64,000 bases of DNA, taken from an uncultured cyanobacterium. Its GTDB lineage: Bacteria > Cyanobacteriota > Cyanobacteriia > CAKZMO01. A model generated the notes under the pieces. That model saw nothing but the letters and a program-made list of their open reading frames with translations, searched no databases and was not told the origin of the DNA. The stretch is from NCBI GenBank assembly GCA_963719515.1, contig CAVRCJ010000013.1, forward strand, positions 168,063 to 232,062. Reading direction: 5' to 3'. Below, piece by piece: positions 41,063 through 51,769 of the stretch; the stretch's first letter is position 1; the number at the start of each line of letters is the position of its first letter. A program made the position numbers and the translations under genes.

Positions 41063-41893
41063 CTACCGGAGGAACTCCTCTGGCGTCGGAGGGGCCGTTG
41101 TGAGGCGATCGCTGGGCCGCTCTAGCGTGTTGGGGTTGGGCGACTCTGGCTGCAGCAAGTAGCGCCTCCCCCAGCCTCCATTGATATCGTGAGGCCGCTG
41201 CTGCGTGATCGCCGTACCGCCAACGGGAAGCGGTATAGCGTCAACGTAAGTGACCTCAGCGTATCTTTCTCCCTCAAAGGTTTGCCTCAGTAGCGCGTCA
41301 TCTAAGCGATACTGCCGGTTGCGCAGCCGCTGCTCTAGCTCGGCCAGGTCTTTGGTAGGTGTGGGGATGGTGAGAAAGACAATCTCCTCATCGGGCACAA
41401 CCGACCACCCCAAGCGATCGCCATACCCCTGCCAGCCTTCCTGAAAGTCACCACTTGGGCCAGCTTCCCACAAATCCAGGTCTGTCTGCCAAATGCCGTC
41501 GTCGACCTCTGTCACCTCGTAGTCCAGCAGCGCATAGACGCGCCGTCCTGCTGGGTTAGAAGACACGGGCTTCGTCAGGGTCAAGTAGCGCACCGCCGCC
41601 ACCCCCATCTTTGTATTTTCCGATAGCCCTGTCGTGCCAGAGACTTGGTAGCGACCTGGAGCATTGAGCTTGATCACCTCCATCTGGGCCGTTACCGCCG
41701 GAAATCTCTTTTGGACCCAGCTGGCCCTGCAGCCCTGCATCAAAAGGAGCGCAGACGCTAGGGCGAGTTTCATCAGCTTCGCTTTCGCGGGCTTCTGTGA
41801 CCGGGACTTCGAGTTCAAGGACTTCGAGTTCAAGGGCTTCGGGTTCAAGGGCTTCGGGTTCGGGGGCTTCGAGTTCACGGCGTTCAAGATCAT
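41063..41893 (-). CDS. Hypothetical protein, probable lipoprotein (alternative start at 41773)
   Basis: MKLALASALLLMQGC resembles a signal peptide with lipobox. Confidence 0.65.
   Translation of the reverse strand: MILNAVNSKPPNPKPLNPKPLNSKSLNSKSRSQKPAKAKLMKLALASALLLMQGCRASWVQKRFPAVTAQMEVIKLNAPGRYQVSGTTGLSENTKMGVAAVRYLTLTKPVSSNPAGRRVYALLDYEVTEVDDGIWQTDLDLWEAGPSGDFQEGWQGYGDRLGWSVVPDEEIVFLTIPTPTKDLAELEQRLRNRQYRLDDALLRQTFEGERYAEVTYVDAIPLPVGGTAITQQRPHDINGGWGRRYLLQPESPNPNTLERPSDRLTTAPPTPEEFLR
41804..41878. repeat. 15-bp tandem repeat, 5 copies
   Basis: (GGRCTTCGRGTTCAA)n, translating as KPLNP/KSLNS on the minus strand. Confidence 0.85.
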
Positions 41894-42130
41894 TAGGATT
41901 GCCAGGAAAATGGCGATTTAGAGGTCATTGGTTTTCCAGCTATTCTCCTAGGGGCGGGGAGGGTTCAGGACTGTGGCCTGCAAAAATTTCTAACCAGTAT
42001 CAGCCTACCATAGTGAGCTATTGCCTTTATTTAGTTGCTGTGAACTTGAGGTAAACTCTCGGATTTTACGGGCTAGGGCTGATCAAGTAGACAGAGCCCA
42101 CTTACACTGTCCACGGCGTTCTTCGCTGCC

Positions 42131-43384
42131 ATGATTTATTTACGCCCCCGTCATATTCTGCTCCGTCAGGCAGGCTGGGCAGGCCCGCTCGCCCTCTGCC
42201 TGCTTATAGCGCTGTCGCTGCCGACCGCTGCTAGTCCGGTCTGTGCGACCGCTCACAGCGCTGCCGCCTCTGGCCTGCCCTACCCCAGTTCAACCACCAC
42301 CGACCTGCTGACTGAAAGCTGGGCGGCGTACCGCGATCGCTTCATCTTAGAGGACGGTCGCGTGGTGGACTGGGAGCGCGCCGATCAGCATTCCACCTCA
42401 GAAGGACAGGCCTATGCGATGCTGCGCTCGGTCCTAATTGACGACCGCGACACTTTCAATAAGACTCTGACCTGGGCTGAGAACAACCTCCGGCAGGGGA
42501 ACGCCGGCCAGCCCAGCCAGCTGTGGGCCTGGCGCTGGGGAGAGCAGCCGTCGGGGGACTGGGGAATTTTGGACCCAAACTTTGCCAGCGACGCTGACGT
42601 TGACGCCATCACGGCGCTGCTGCTAGCGGCTGACCGCTGGGGCTGCCCCGCCTATGCCCAGCTGGCCCAGGAAAAACTCGCGGCCCTCTGGGAGCAATCA
42701 ACGATCGCCTTAGGAGGCGATCGCCTCCTACTGCCCGGCCCCCGCGAGGCCTTTTTCCCTGAAGACGACACCTTAATTCTCAACCCCTCTTACTTTGCAC
42801 CCTACGCCTTTCGCCTGTTTGCTGAGGCTGACCCAGCCCGCGACTGGATGAGCCTGGTGGACAGCAGCTACCGCATTCTAGAGGCTTCTAGCGCGGTCTC
42901 TCGCGTCGGGCTGCCGGGGGACTGGGTAGTGTACAACCCCAAGCGCGATCGCTACAAGCGCGTGTCCCGGCGCAGTAGCTTGAGCAGCACCTATAGCTTT
43001 GACGCCTTTCGGGTCTGGTGGCGCATCAGCCTTGATGCAGCCTGGTTCAATGAGCCCAGGGCGCTCGAATATCTAGAGACCCATTCCGCTCACCTGCGCC
43101 AGCTGTGGCGCGATCAGCAGGCGATTTCTGCCGAGCTGAGCCTGCGGGGGCGCTCCCTTGTAGACTACGAGGCCACGGCCCAATACGCCATGCTCTATCC
43201 GGCGCTTGCTCTGGTGGAGCCAGACCTCGCTGCCCAGGTGCTCGACCAGAAGCTGATGCCCGCCTACCAAAACGGATTTTGGGACAACGACTCGGCCTAC
43301 TACACGCAAAATCTGGCGTGGTTTGGCCTACTGCCCCTGCAGCGTCCTTCTTTTTCAGCCGACTCCCCACAGCCTCCTAGCTGA
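42131..43384 (+). CDS. bcsZ: Glycoside hydrolase family 8 endoglucanase
   Basis: STSEGQAYAM, NFASDAD, LNPSY, YSFDAFRV; signal peptide; upstream of bcsB-bcsA. Confidence 0.88.
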   Translation: MIYLRPRHILLRQAGWAGPLALCLLIALSLPTAASPVCATAHSAAASGLPYPSSTTTDLLTESWAAYRDRFILEDGRVVDWERADQHSTSEGQAYAMLRSVLIDDRDTFNKTLTWAENNLRQGNAGQPSQLWAWRWGEQPSGDWGILDPNFASDADVDAITALLLAADRWGCPAYAQLAQEKLAALWEQSTIALGGDRLLLPGPREAFFPEDDTLILNPSYFAPYAFRLFAEADPARDWMSLVDSSYRILEASSAVSRVGLPGDWVVYNPKRDRYKRVSRRSSLSSTYSFDAFRVWWRISLDAAWFNEPRALEYLETHSAHLRQLWRDQQAISAELSLRGRSLVDYEATAQYAMLYPALALVEPDLAAQVLDQKLMPAYQNGFWDNDSAYYTQNLAWFGLLPLQRPSFSADSPQPPS

Positions 43385-43555
43385 AGACCCTCCCACAGCC
43401 TGCAGGTTCGCGAGGGCGTCGCCTTTCCCCTTGGCAAAGGTAAACGTTAGGACCGTACTCTGTCTCAGCTACCGCCAGCATAGTTTGGTTCTACCCTCAC
43501 CCCTGACCTAATCCAGGTCGCCCTAGCCCACCCCGTGTTTTTACCGCTGCCCCTT

Positions 43556-46020
43556 ATGCATTCCCTACTTCGCTGGTTAAGCTCGTTTCGCCCCCGACAT
43601 CTCACTGCTGTTGGCCTAGTGCTCTTATTTTTGACGGGCATAGGTCTGCCATTTGGGCTGGCCGCCGTTGCGCAGGCCACCGTCACACGGGCCGTCGCGC
43701 GGCCACTGTCGCGCAGGCCACTGTCGCGCAGGCCTATGGGCCGTCTCTATCAGTGCTTGTAGCGCAAGCGTCGGATAACGATGAGGCAGACGACGATGAC
43801 GATGAGACAGACGGTGAAGATGACGATGAGGCAGACGACGATAAAAACACAAGCGCTATCTCCTCCGCACTAGCGGCCTCTCCCGTCACCCAGGCCGAAT
43901 CTGCCGGAGAGTACGTGCTGGAGTTCAACCGCAGCCCGCTGGTGGGCAATCGGCTTCGCTTAGAAGGCATTTACGATGAAACTCGGCTCAGGTTTACGCG
44001 ACCTCGAAACTGGGAGGTTGAGTCTGTCAATCTCCTGCTGCACTTCCGTCATTCTGCGGCGCTCTATGCGACTCGCTCCAACCTCAACGTCCTGGTCAAT
44101 GGCACTAGCGTGGGCAGCGTACCCCTAAATCTGCCCCAGGGCGAAATTGGCGATGTGGTGTTTGAGGTGCCCGTAGACCTGCTGCAAAACTACAACGAAG
44201 TTGTGGTCACGACCCTACAGAACAACTCCCCCACCTGCACCCAAGACGCCCTCGACCCGTCCCTTTGGACCGAGATTCTGCCTGACTCTAAGCTGGTGTT
44301 CGACTTCCAGCCGCAGCCCATCACCCTCGACTTTGCCCAATATCCCTACCCCATCTTTGACGATCTCAGTCTTACCCCTAACCAAATTGCCTATCTGCAG
44401 CCCAGCGAGCCCGACGACGCTTGGCTGACCGCCATGGCGCAGATGCAGGCCTCAATGGGACGCATGGCGGAGTATCGCCCCATTGAAGTGCGCGTGACGG
44501 AGACGTTAGAGGGCGATCGCCCCAGCGAGCGGCTGATCGTCATCGGCACCCCTGAGGCCCAGCCGGCTCTCAGCGAGTTTGAGCTGCCGTTCGAAATCGA
44601 AGACGGCCAGCTGCTAAGCGATTCGAAGCCCCTCCCCTCCGACACCGGCGTCCTTTTGCTCACCACCTCTCCCGATGAGGAACGTCCGGTGCTTATCGTC
44701 ACGGGAAATAGCGAGGCGGCGGTCAGCAAAGCCGTTCAGTTTCTCTCTCAGCCGGTAGACTGGCAAGTCGCCACCGGGCACACCATGCTAATAGACGAGG
44801 TAAGCCCCGTGCCCGCGCCGTCCCCCCGCGCCTGGCCCCGGTACCTGCCTGCCGCAAACCGATTTGAGCTGGGGGATCTGACGGATTACCTGGGGCAACC
44901 CATTGGCGATGTGACCGTGCGGGGATCCCACGCGCCCGCCCTAGAGTTTGACTTCAAGGCCCTTCCAGACGACCGGTTTTTGCCGGGCAACGTCATGACC
45001 TTGGAGTATAGCTACGGCCCCCAAGTGAACCCCCTAACCTCGCTGGTGGAGGTGCAGCTCGATGGGGTGGGGCTTGACGGCGATCGCCTCACCTCTATCG
45101 ATGGAGCAGAGCGCAAAACTCTCCGCGTCGACCTGCCAGAAGATCAAATTACCCCGCAATCAAAAATCCGGGTCAACTTTCAGCTCGACCCCCGGGAGCG
45201 TCGCTCCTGCAGCCGGGTGACGGATGCCCAGCTGTGGGGCACTATCCACGCCGAAACCCACTTCGACTTAAGCCGGGAGATGGGGGTTCGCATTCCTGAC
45301 TTGAAGCTGCTGCAGTCTGGATTTCCTTTTGCATCGCCCCAAGATTTGTCTAGCACCGCTGTCGTTATGCCGGATGAGCCATCTACTGCAGAAGTGGAGC
45401 TGCTGCTGAAGTTTGCCGAGCGGCTGGGTCGCCTCAGCAGGGCCGACGCGATCCGTCTGCAGGTCTACCGAACGGGACAGCTGCCTGAAGACGCCCGCGC
45501 CGAGCATCATCTGGTAGGCATTGGCGTCCGCGATCGCTTTCCGCTACCGGAGGTGTTTGAGGCAGAAGGCTTCAAGCTGGAAGACGCCTTTTCTCGGAAG
45601 TGGCGACAGAGCGCCATTCAAACTATTCCGGACCACGAAGGTCTCGTCAAGCAGATTCTCTCGCCTTGGAACGATGAGCGCGTGCTGATGGCCTTGAGTG
45701 GACAGACCGAAATTGGCCTGCAGCAGGTGCAGCAGGTGCTGGGCCAAGACCCGCTCTTTTATCAGCTGCGGAACGATACAGTGCTGGTCAAAGCCAACGT
45801 CGAAGCGCCGTCTGCAGACAACCCCAACGACTACGCCCTAGAATTCCTGACTCAGGCTCCGGCCCAGGCCGACATCGTCGATGAAAACCCGTCGAGTCGG
45901 CTTCGTCACCTGTTTAGAACCAACTGGCTTGTTCTGACCGCAGGCGTTTTAGCTGCAACGCTGTTCCTTTACGGGGTCGTGCAGCTTTACCTGAAGCGAT
46001 ATCGCACGGTCAGAGATTAG
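43556..46020 (+). CDS. bcsB: Cellulose synthase regulatory subunit BcsB, with an apparent 1-nt frameshift at ~43700 separating the signal peptide from the body
   Basis: SNLNVLVNG...LWTEILPDS, PDLKLLQSGFPF, C-terminal TM; signal-peptide-like ORF 43556-43762 in the adjacent frame. Confidence 0.82.
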
Positions 46021-46152
46021 CCGCGGGTAGAGCCTGACCGGGGGTAGAGCCTCACGGTCGGCGAAAGAGTCTTGGGCTAATCCAAGGCTCTTTCGCCAAA
46101 CGCGGCAGGACAAGAGCAATCGGCATAGAGAGTACTGGGCGCGAAGGACATT

Positions 46153-48765
46153 ATGCAACAGACACCTAAAAGCATCATAGAGGGGAAGGACCGGCTTTAT
46201 GCCCGCCTTTCGACCTGGTTAACCCAAGGATGGCCAAACGGAATCGACCACCTGCTGCAGCACCTCAATCAAAGTCAACTGTTTCTGCTGCTGCTGGCTT
46301 TGATTGTGTTCTTCAGCCCGCTGATTACGATTCGACCAACGCTGCTTCAGCAAACGCTGCTGGGAGTTGCCTTTGTGGTCATAGGCCGGTTTATTCTGGC
46401 TTTAGAGGAGCGCCATCCCAGTAATCGAACCACGGAATACTTTCACCTGTTTCTGGTGATTGCCAGCTCCATCGCGACGCTGAGGTATCTGTACTACCGA
46501 ACAAGCTACACCCTCAACCTGGATGATCCGTTCAACGGCACCTTCTCGGTCTTGCTGTATTCCGCCGAACTCTACGCGATTATCACGCTGTTTCTCTCCT
46601 ACTTTCAAACCCTCAAGGTCCGCCATCGGCGCTCGGTGGATCTGGCCGACTACCCGCAGCAAAGCTGGTTCTCCGTCGACGTTTATATTCCGACCTACAA
46701 TGAAGACGTTGAAATCGTTCGCAAAACGGTTTTAGGGGCGATCGCTCTTGACTATCCAGCAGATAAAAAGCGGGTCTATATTCTAGACGATGGCCGCAAA
46801 GACTTAGAGCGAAGAGATCGACTTGAGCAGATCTGTGAGGAGCTAGACTGCGCTTTACTAGTTCGCGATAACAACGAGCATGCCAAAGCGGGCAACATCA
46901 ACGCATCGCTTACCAAGACAACCGGCGATCTCGTTCTCATCTTGGACTGCGACCATATTCCAACTCGCGGCTTCTTGATAGAGACAGTCGGCTTCTTCTT
47001 TAACCCTAAAATTGCTCTGACGCAGACGCCTCACTGGTTTTACAACCCCGATCCTTTTGAAAGAAATTTGCTCACCCAAGGCCGGATTCCTGTAGGCAAC
47101 GAGCTGTTTTATAAGGTCCTGCAAAAAGGAAATGACTACTGGAACGCCGCCTTCTTTTGCGGATCGGCGGCCCTAGTGCGGCGGGCGGCACTGCTAGAGG
47201 TAGGCGGGATTGCCACCGAAACGGTGACGGAGGACTGCCACACGTCCCTGCGGCTGCACTCTAAGGGCTACGAAACGGCCTATTACGACAAAATTATGGT
47301 GGCCGGACTGGCCCCGGAAAAGTTCTCGGCCTATGTCGGGCAGCAGGTCCGCTGGGCGCGGGGCATGGCCCAGATCCTGCGCACTGAAAATCCGCTGTTT
47401 AACCGTAAGCTCAACCTGACGGTCCCGCAGCGGCTGTGCTACATCAGCGCCACGTCCCACTTTTTCTTTGGGTTCCCGCGCCTGATGTACGCCCTGGCCC
47501 CCTGTTTCTTCCTGCTGTTTGGCATCACATCGGTCAAAGGATTAGGGGTGGAAACCCTAGCTTACGCCATCCCGCACATTTTTTTGTCCATGCAGACCAA
47601 TCACATTCCCTATAAGCACGTCCGCTTCTCGTTCTGGAATGAAATCTACGAGTTTGCGCTTTCATTTCAGGCTGGATTGGTGACCTTGTTCGCCCTCGTC
47701 AATCCCAAGCTGGGCTCGTTTAACGTGACAGAAAAGGGCATGGTTGTCGATCGCCGCAGTTTTGATTTTGACTCGGTTCGCTACCTTGTCATTGTCGCAA
47801 CGGTGTCGGCCTCGTCGCTCATCGCGTTGCCCTTTTGGCTCATCTTGCGGCCCCTAGACACTCAAGCCGCTTTAATTAATTCGCTGTGGTGCGTGTTCAA
47901 TTTATTTTTGCTGCTAGCGGCCTGCCTCGTCGCCTTTGAGCAGCCGCAGCTGCGCCGGGCTCACCGCCTACCGCGCAAGCTGACCGCCATTATTCACGGA
48001 GAGGGCCACAGCTGGGGCGGCACCACAACCAACATCAGCGAGACGGGGGCGCAGATTTTGCTCGATGCCTGGCCTGACGTGTCCGACGAAGTGTGGGTAG
48101 AGCTAGTGGGAGACTATGGTGCCCGGGTGTTGCTCAACGCTCGAATCGTCCGGGCCACTGCAACCCCCCAGCTGCAGACGCTGCTTGCGGTTGACTTCAT
48201 TGAACTCAACCGCGCTCAAAGAGATGACCTAGCGCTTGTACTGTTCTCTGATGTGAGAACTTGGTACTCCCAAGAGCGCATGGAGCGCGATCGCCCTCTG
48301 GAGTCCTTCAAGTTTATTGCTCTGAGTTTAGTCCGCGCCTTCAGGGAGTTTATTCCGGAAAACGGCATGCGTATTCGTAAACAAATTCAGGCAACGGCGC
48401 AGCTGTCCTGGGAGGAATGGGGAAGCAAATCCTATATTGCAGATGTCAAAGAGATCAGTACGGTCGATATTCGCCTAGAGCTGGAGCTAAGCCCTAACAT
48501 CTCGCTAGAGAAACTTCAGCAAAGTCAGCCTGTTTTGGGCCTGTTGATTGTTTCTGAGAATTTTAAAGCCCAGAGCCTGCTGGCTAAAGTAGAGCGGATT
48601 GAAAGGTTGCCCAGCTTTATTCCTGTCGAGGCCTCGGTAGGAGGAGGCTCCTACCGGGGCTTTCCTCAGCGTATTGCGCTAGAGCTTTCATTTCCAGAAC
48701 ACGTTAGACAACAGCAAAGCGGAAAAATTCGTCGGTTGATGCGGAGTTCCTCAAATGATGAGTAG
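46153..48765 (+). CDS. bcsA: Cellulose synthase catalytic subunit (GT2) with PilZ domain
   Basis: DDG, HAKAGN, DCD, QTPH, FFCGS, TED, QQVRW, FNVTEK; PilZ RRAHR and NISETG. Confidence 0.93.
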   Translation: MQQTPKSIIEGKDRLYARLSTWLTQGWPNGIDHLLQHLNQSQLFLLLLALIVFFSPLITIRPTLLQQTLLGVAFVVIGRFILALEERHPSNRTTEYFHLFLVIASSIATLRYLYYRTSYTLNLDDPFNGTFSVLLYSAELYAIITLFLSYFQTLKVRHRRSVDLADYPQQSWFSVDVYIPTYNEDVEIVRKTVLGAIALDYPADKKRVYILDDGRKDLERRDRLEQICEELDCALLVRDNNEHAKAGNINASLTKTTGDLVLILDCDHIPTRGFLIETVGFFFNPKIALTQTPHWFYNPDPFERNLLTQGRIPVGNELFYKVLQKGNDYWNAAFFCGSAALVRRAALLEVGGIATETVTEDCHTSLRLHSKGYETAYYDKIMVAGLAPEKFSAYVGQQVRWARGMAQILRTENPLFNRKLNLTVPQRLCYISATSHFFFGFPRLMYALAPCFFLLFGITSVKGLGVETLAYAIPHIFLSMQTNHIPYKHVRFSFWNEIYEFALSFQAGLVTLFALVNPKLGSFNVTEKGMVVDRRSFDFDSVRYLVIVATVSASSLIALPFWLILRPLDTQAALINSLWCVFNLFLLLAACLVAFEQPQLRRAHRLPRKLTAIIHGEGHSWGGTTTNISETGAQILLDAWPDVSDEVWVELVGDYGARVLLNARIVRATATPQLQTLLAVDFIELNRAQRDDLALVLFSDVRTWYSQERMERDRPLESFKFIALSLVRAFREFIPENGMRIRKQIQATAQLSWEEWGSKSYIADVKEISTVDIRLELELSPNISLEKLQQSQPVLGLLIVSENFKAQSLLAKVERIERLPSFIPVEASVGGGSYRGFPQRIALELSFPEHVRQQQSGKIRRLMRSSSNDE

Positions 48766-49670
48766 GCCCATCACAATCGCTCTAACTGGACCTAACCCAG
48801 CCAAAGGCGCTCTCGAAATTCCGCCCTAGGCCAAGCCGAACAAAGGCGTCTTAGAAGGTAGAAACAGGATAATAAAGTAGGCTCTCTGCGAATATTTTTC
48901 AAGCAATAATTTGAGATAAAGCAGCGGCTATGGAGACTGAAATATTTGCCTATCTTTTCAAGAAAATAGAGACTCTTGCGCAGTCTAAAAAGTTTCCTAA
49001 AAGTCACAAATATTCGCTATTAGTTGTTTCTCATCTAAGGACTTTATTTAACTTCACTAGGACTTTAGAGCGGATTTATAAACTTTACTGATTGCGCCAC
49101 TATCCTAAGATAGTATTAATTATGAAGGTTATTGGCGCATCGAATTCGAGTCCGTTTTAAGAAATTATTTTCCAGGCTTTGGGGCTGCATCTCCTAGAAA
49201 ACCTCTTTTAGAAACTTGTGTCACAACGCTGAATTTTTATAGCCTGGTTCGAGAGTGCTGAGCATTAGTCTCTTTATCTACCTACGACGCTGCGCAAACC
49301 AACAGCCTGATTTCCAGCTAGGCCGCATCTAAGGTGAGAGAAGCAAACTTCCTAAAACGGCTCCGGTTTAGAGGCAGCTCTGGCGAATAAGTGCAGGTCA
49401 AACTTATTTCCAGCGTTTGGCTAGTCTGTCCACCGCCAGCTAGATGGGGTTAGTCAGCTCGTCAGCTAGAACGCCAGTCAGGTTGCGGCATCGCGCTTAC
49501 GGAAATTCGGTCAACGAAACCTGCCGTAGCTGGCGGTCTATCCCTTCAACTTAATCAAAACTAAGCTGCCAAGTCTTAGCGCCCTAGGGTCACTCCTACG
49601 GACTCTGCTGGTGGCCAAACTAACAATCCGCCAATCGGCGTTATGTGCAAGAGAGTGAGAGTAGAGGCTG

Positions 49671-50693
49671 ATGAATATGATTTCGATCGCGAGCCATGAA
49701 CCTTTTCAGAAGCTATATCCCTTGAGTTTGCTGGCTCAGTCCGTGAGTCGCCAAACCAGCGGTTGCCTTAGGGTTTCGGACGGTTCAGCATCTTGGTCCA
49801 TTTACTTGTACCAAGGGCGACTGACCTATGCGTCCAACTCCGTTGACCCGTTTGGACGGTTAGACCGTCATCTTCGACAGCTCAGCCAGTATGTGCCTAG
49901 TCTTGTCAGTGCAGTTCGGGTTCAAGTCCGCCTTCTATTTGATCGAGGGTCAGGGGCCGACACCGCCCAGGTGCCAGACTACCAGGCCATTTGCTGGCTC
50001 GTAGAGCAGCAGTATTTGAACTTGGCACAGGCGTCGACCCTGATCGAGAGCATTGCTAAAGAGGTAATTGGACAGTTCCTTCAGCTCCAGCAAGGCGCTT
50101 ATGAGTTGATTGATCGCGAAAAGCTAGTGGAGTTTCCTCAGCTGTGCCAGCTAGAGCTCCGTCCGCTGGTGGAATACTGTCAGCATCAGCTGCGACAGCG
50201 ATCGCCTCAGGTTAATGCGCCGTCTAAACTTCAGCGCACCAACCGAGACCTCTCGGCGCCGCCCTCAGGCCGACAGAATCTCTCTGCAGGCCCCCCCGCC
50301 GCCAGTACTTCCTCAGAGGTTGCTAAGACAAACTACACCATTGCCTGCATCGACGACAGCCCCACTGTGCTTCAGGCCATCAAGTCTTTTCTAGATGACA
50401 CAAGCTTCTCGGTCATCATGATTAGCAATCCAGTTCAGGCGCTGATGCAGATTGTCCGCAGCAAGCCAGATCTAATTTTGCTGGACGTCGAGATGCCTAA
50501 CTTAGACGGATATGAGCTTTGCTCTTTGCTGCGTCGCCATCCCATGTTCAAAGCGACGCCCATCATCATGGTGACCGGTAACACAGGGTTTATCGATCGC
50601 GCTAAAGCAAAGCTCGTTCGGTCGTCCGGCTACCTCACAAAGCCATTCACTCAACCAGACCTCCTCAAGATGGTGTTCAAGCATCTCTCCTAG
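49671..50693 (+). CDS. PatA-family response regulator (PixG-like)
   Basis: PATAN-like N-terminal domain + receiver (CIDDS...LLDVEMP...KPF). Confidence 0.88.
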   Translation: MNMISIASHEPFQKLYPLSLLAQSVSRQTSGCLRVSDGSASWSIYLYQGRLTYASNSVDPFGRLDRHLRQLSQYVPSLVSAVRVQVRLLFDRGSGADTAQVPDYQAICWLVEQQYLNLAQASTLIESIAKEVIGQFLQLQQGAYELIDREKLVEFPQLCQLELRPLVEYCQHQLRQRSPQVNAPSKLQRTNRDLSAPPSGRQNLSAGPPAASTSSEVAKTNYTIACIDDSPTVLQAIKSFLDDTSFSVIMISNPVQALMQIVRSKPDLILLDVEMPNLDGYELCSLLRRHPMFKATPIIMVTGNTGFIDRAKAKLVRSSGYLTKPFTQPDLLKMVFKHLS

Positions 50694-50729
50694 CCCCCGA
50701 CCCGATAAACATCTAACCAAAACGGAACC

Positions 50730-51107
50730 ATGAGCGTAATCTTAACCAAAACTGTTCTCATTGTTGAAGACACGGCTTCTCAAATGGAGCTGATGAGTCA
50801 CTATCTGCGGGAGAGCGGCTATACCGTCGTTGGCGCTGTGAGTGCGCAGGAGGCCATGGCTAAAGCCAATGAAAACACGCCTGATGTCATTGTCACTGAC
50901 GTGGTCATGCCGGGAATGAGCGGTTTTGAACTCTGTCGCAGCCTGAAGCGTAATCCTGCAACGGTCAATGTGCCCATCATTATCTGCACCTCAAAAAATC
51001 AGGAGATCGATCGACTGTGGGGCATGCGGCAGGGCGCTGATGCTTACGTCACAAAGCCCTTCACTCGCGAGCAGCTTGTACGAACCGTTCAAATGGTAGC
51101 GGGGTAA
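50730..51107 (+). CDS. CheY-like response regulator (PixH-like)
   Basis: TDVVMPGMSGFELCR, DRLWGMRQGADAY. Confidence 0.92.
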   Translation: MSVILTKTVLIVEDTASQMELMSHYLRESGYTVVGAVSAQEAMAKANENTPDVIVTDVVMPGMSGFELCRSLKRNPATVNVPIIICTSKNQEIDRLWGMRQGADAYVTKPFTREQLVRTVQMVAG

Positions 51108-51112
51108 ACACA

Positions 51113-51604
51113 ATGCCAACATCCGCGCTAGCGCTACCCGCAAAACCCCGCCGCACCCCTGGTGATGCGCACCTCAAATTCTATTTGGCGGAAGATATGC
51201 CCGCCATTTTTTCGATGCGGCACATCCAGGAAGTTGTAGTTCTTCCAACGCAAAGGCTGACACCCATGCCCAACATGCATCCGGCGATGCTGGGGCTGAT
51301 GAACCGACGCAGCCGGGTGCTGTGGGTTGTCGACCTGTCCCGACTCATGGGGCTGCCCTATCTCGACCGCATGACCCAGCACCACAGCTTGATCCTCATT
51401 CAGGCCGGACAGGTGGCTTTGGGTTTGGCGGTCTATCGACTTGAGGGAATGACCTGGCTGAACGCGGGGACAATTCAGTCTCCTGTAGGGCACGTTGCCT
51501 CCGAACTTGTGCCCTATCTCAGAGGCTGTGTCCTGGAGGCACAGGAAATTACCATGGTGCTCGACGTCGAGGCGATCTCACAATCTCCCGTATTCTTGCC
51601 CTGA
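51113..51604 (+). CDS. CheW-like adaptor (PixI-like)
   Basis: LTPMPNMHPAMLGLMNRRSRVLWVVDL. Confidence 0.9.
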   Translation: MPTSALALPAKPRRTPGDAHLKFYLAEDMPAIFSMRHIQEVVVLPTQRLTPMPNMHPAMLGLMNRRSRVLWVVDLSRLMGLPYLDRMTQHHSLILIQAGQVALGLAVYRLEGMTWLNAGTIQSPVGHVASELVPYLRGCVLEAQEITMVLDVEAISQSPVFLP

Positions 51605-51769
51605 TTTTTGCCCTTTCAACGGCTTCCCTGATTGGTGGAGTGCAAAGCCGCTGTCTCCGTCTCAGCCATCTTTTAATCCCCGCTTTGGCTCTCTTTATCC
51701 CGGCTGCCAACCCATCTCGAACCACTTTCAGCACTCATAGCCCAACTCTCTGCGCAAAGGTATTTCATC

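Noticed and set aside
48766..49670. ncRNA or hidden gene in the long AT-rich spacer before the patA-like gene
   Set aside because: No convincing ORF, repeat or strong stem was seen; most likely an extended promoter region
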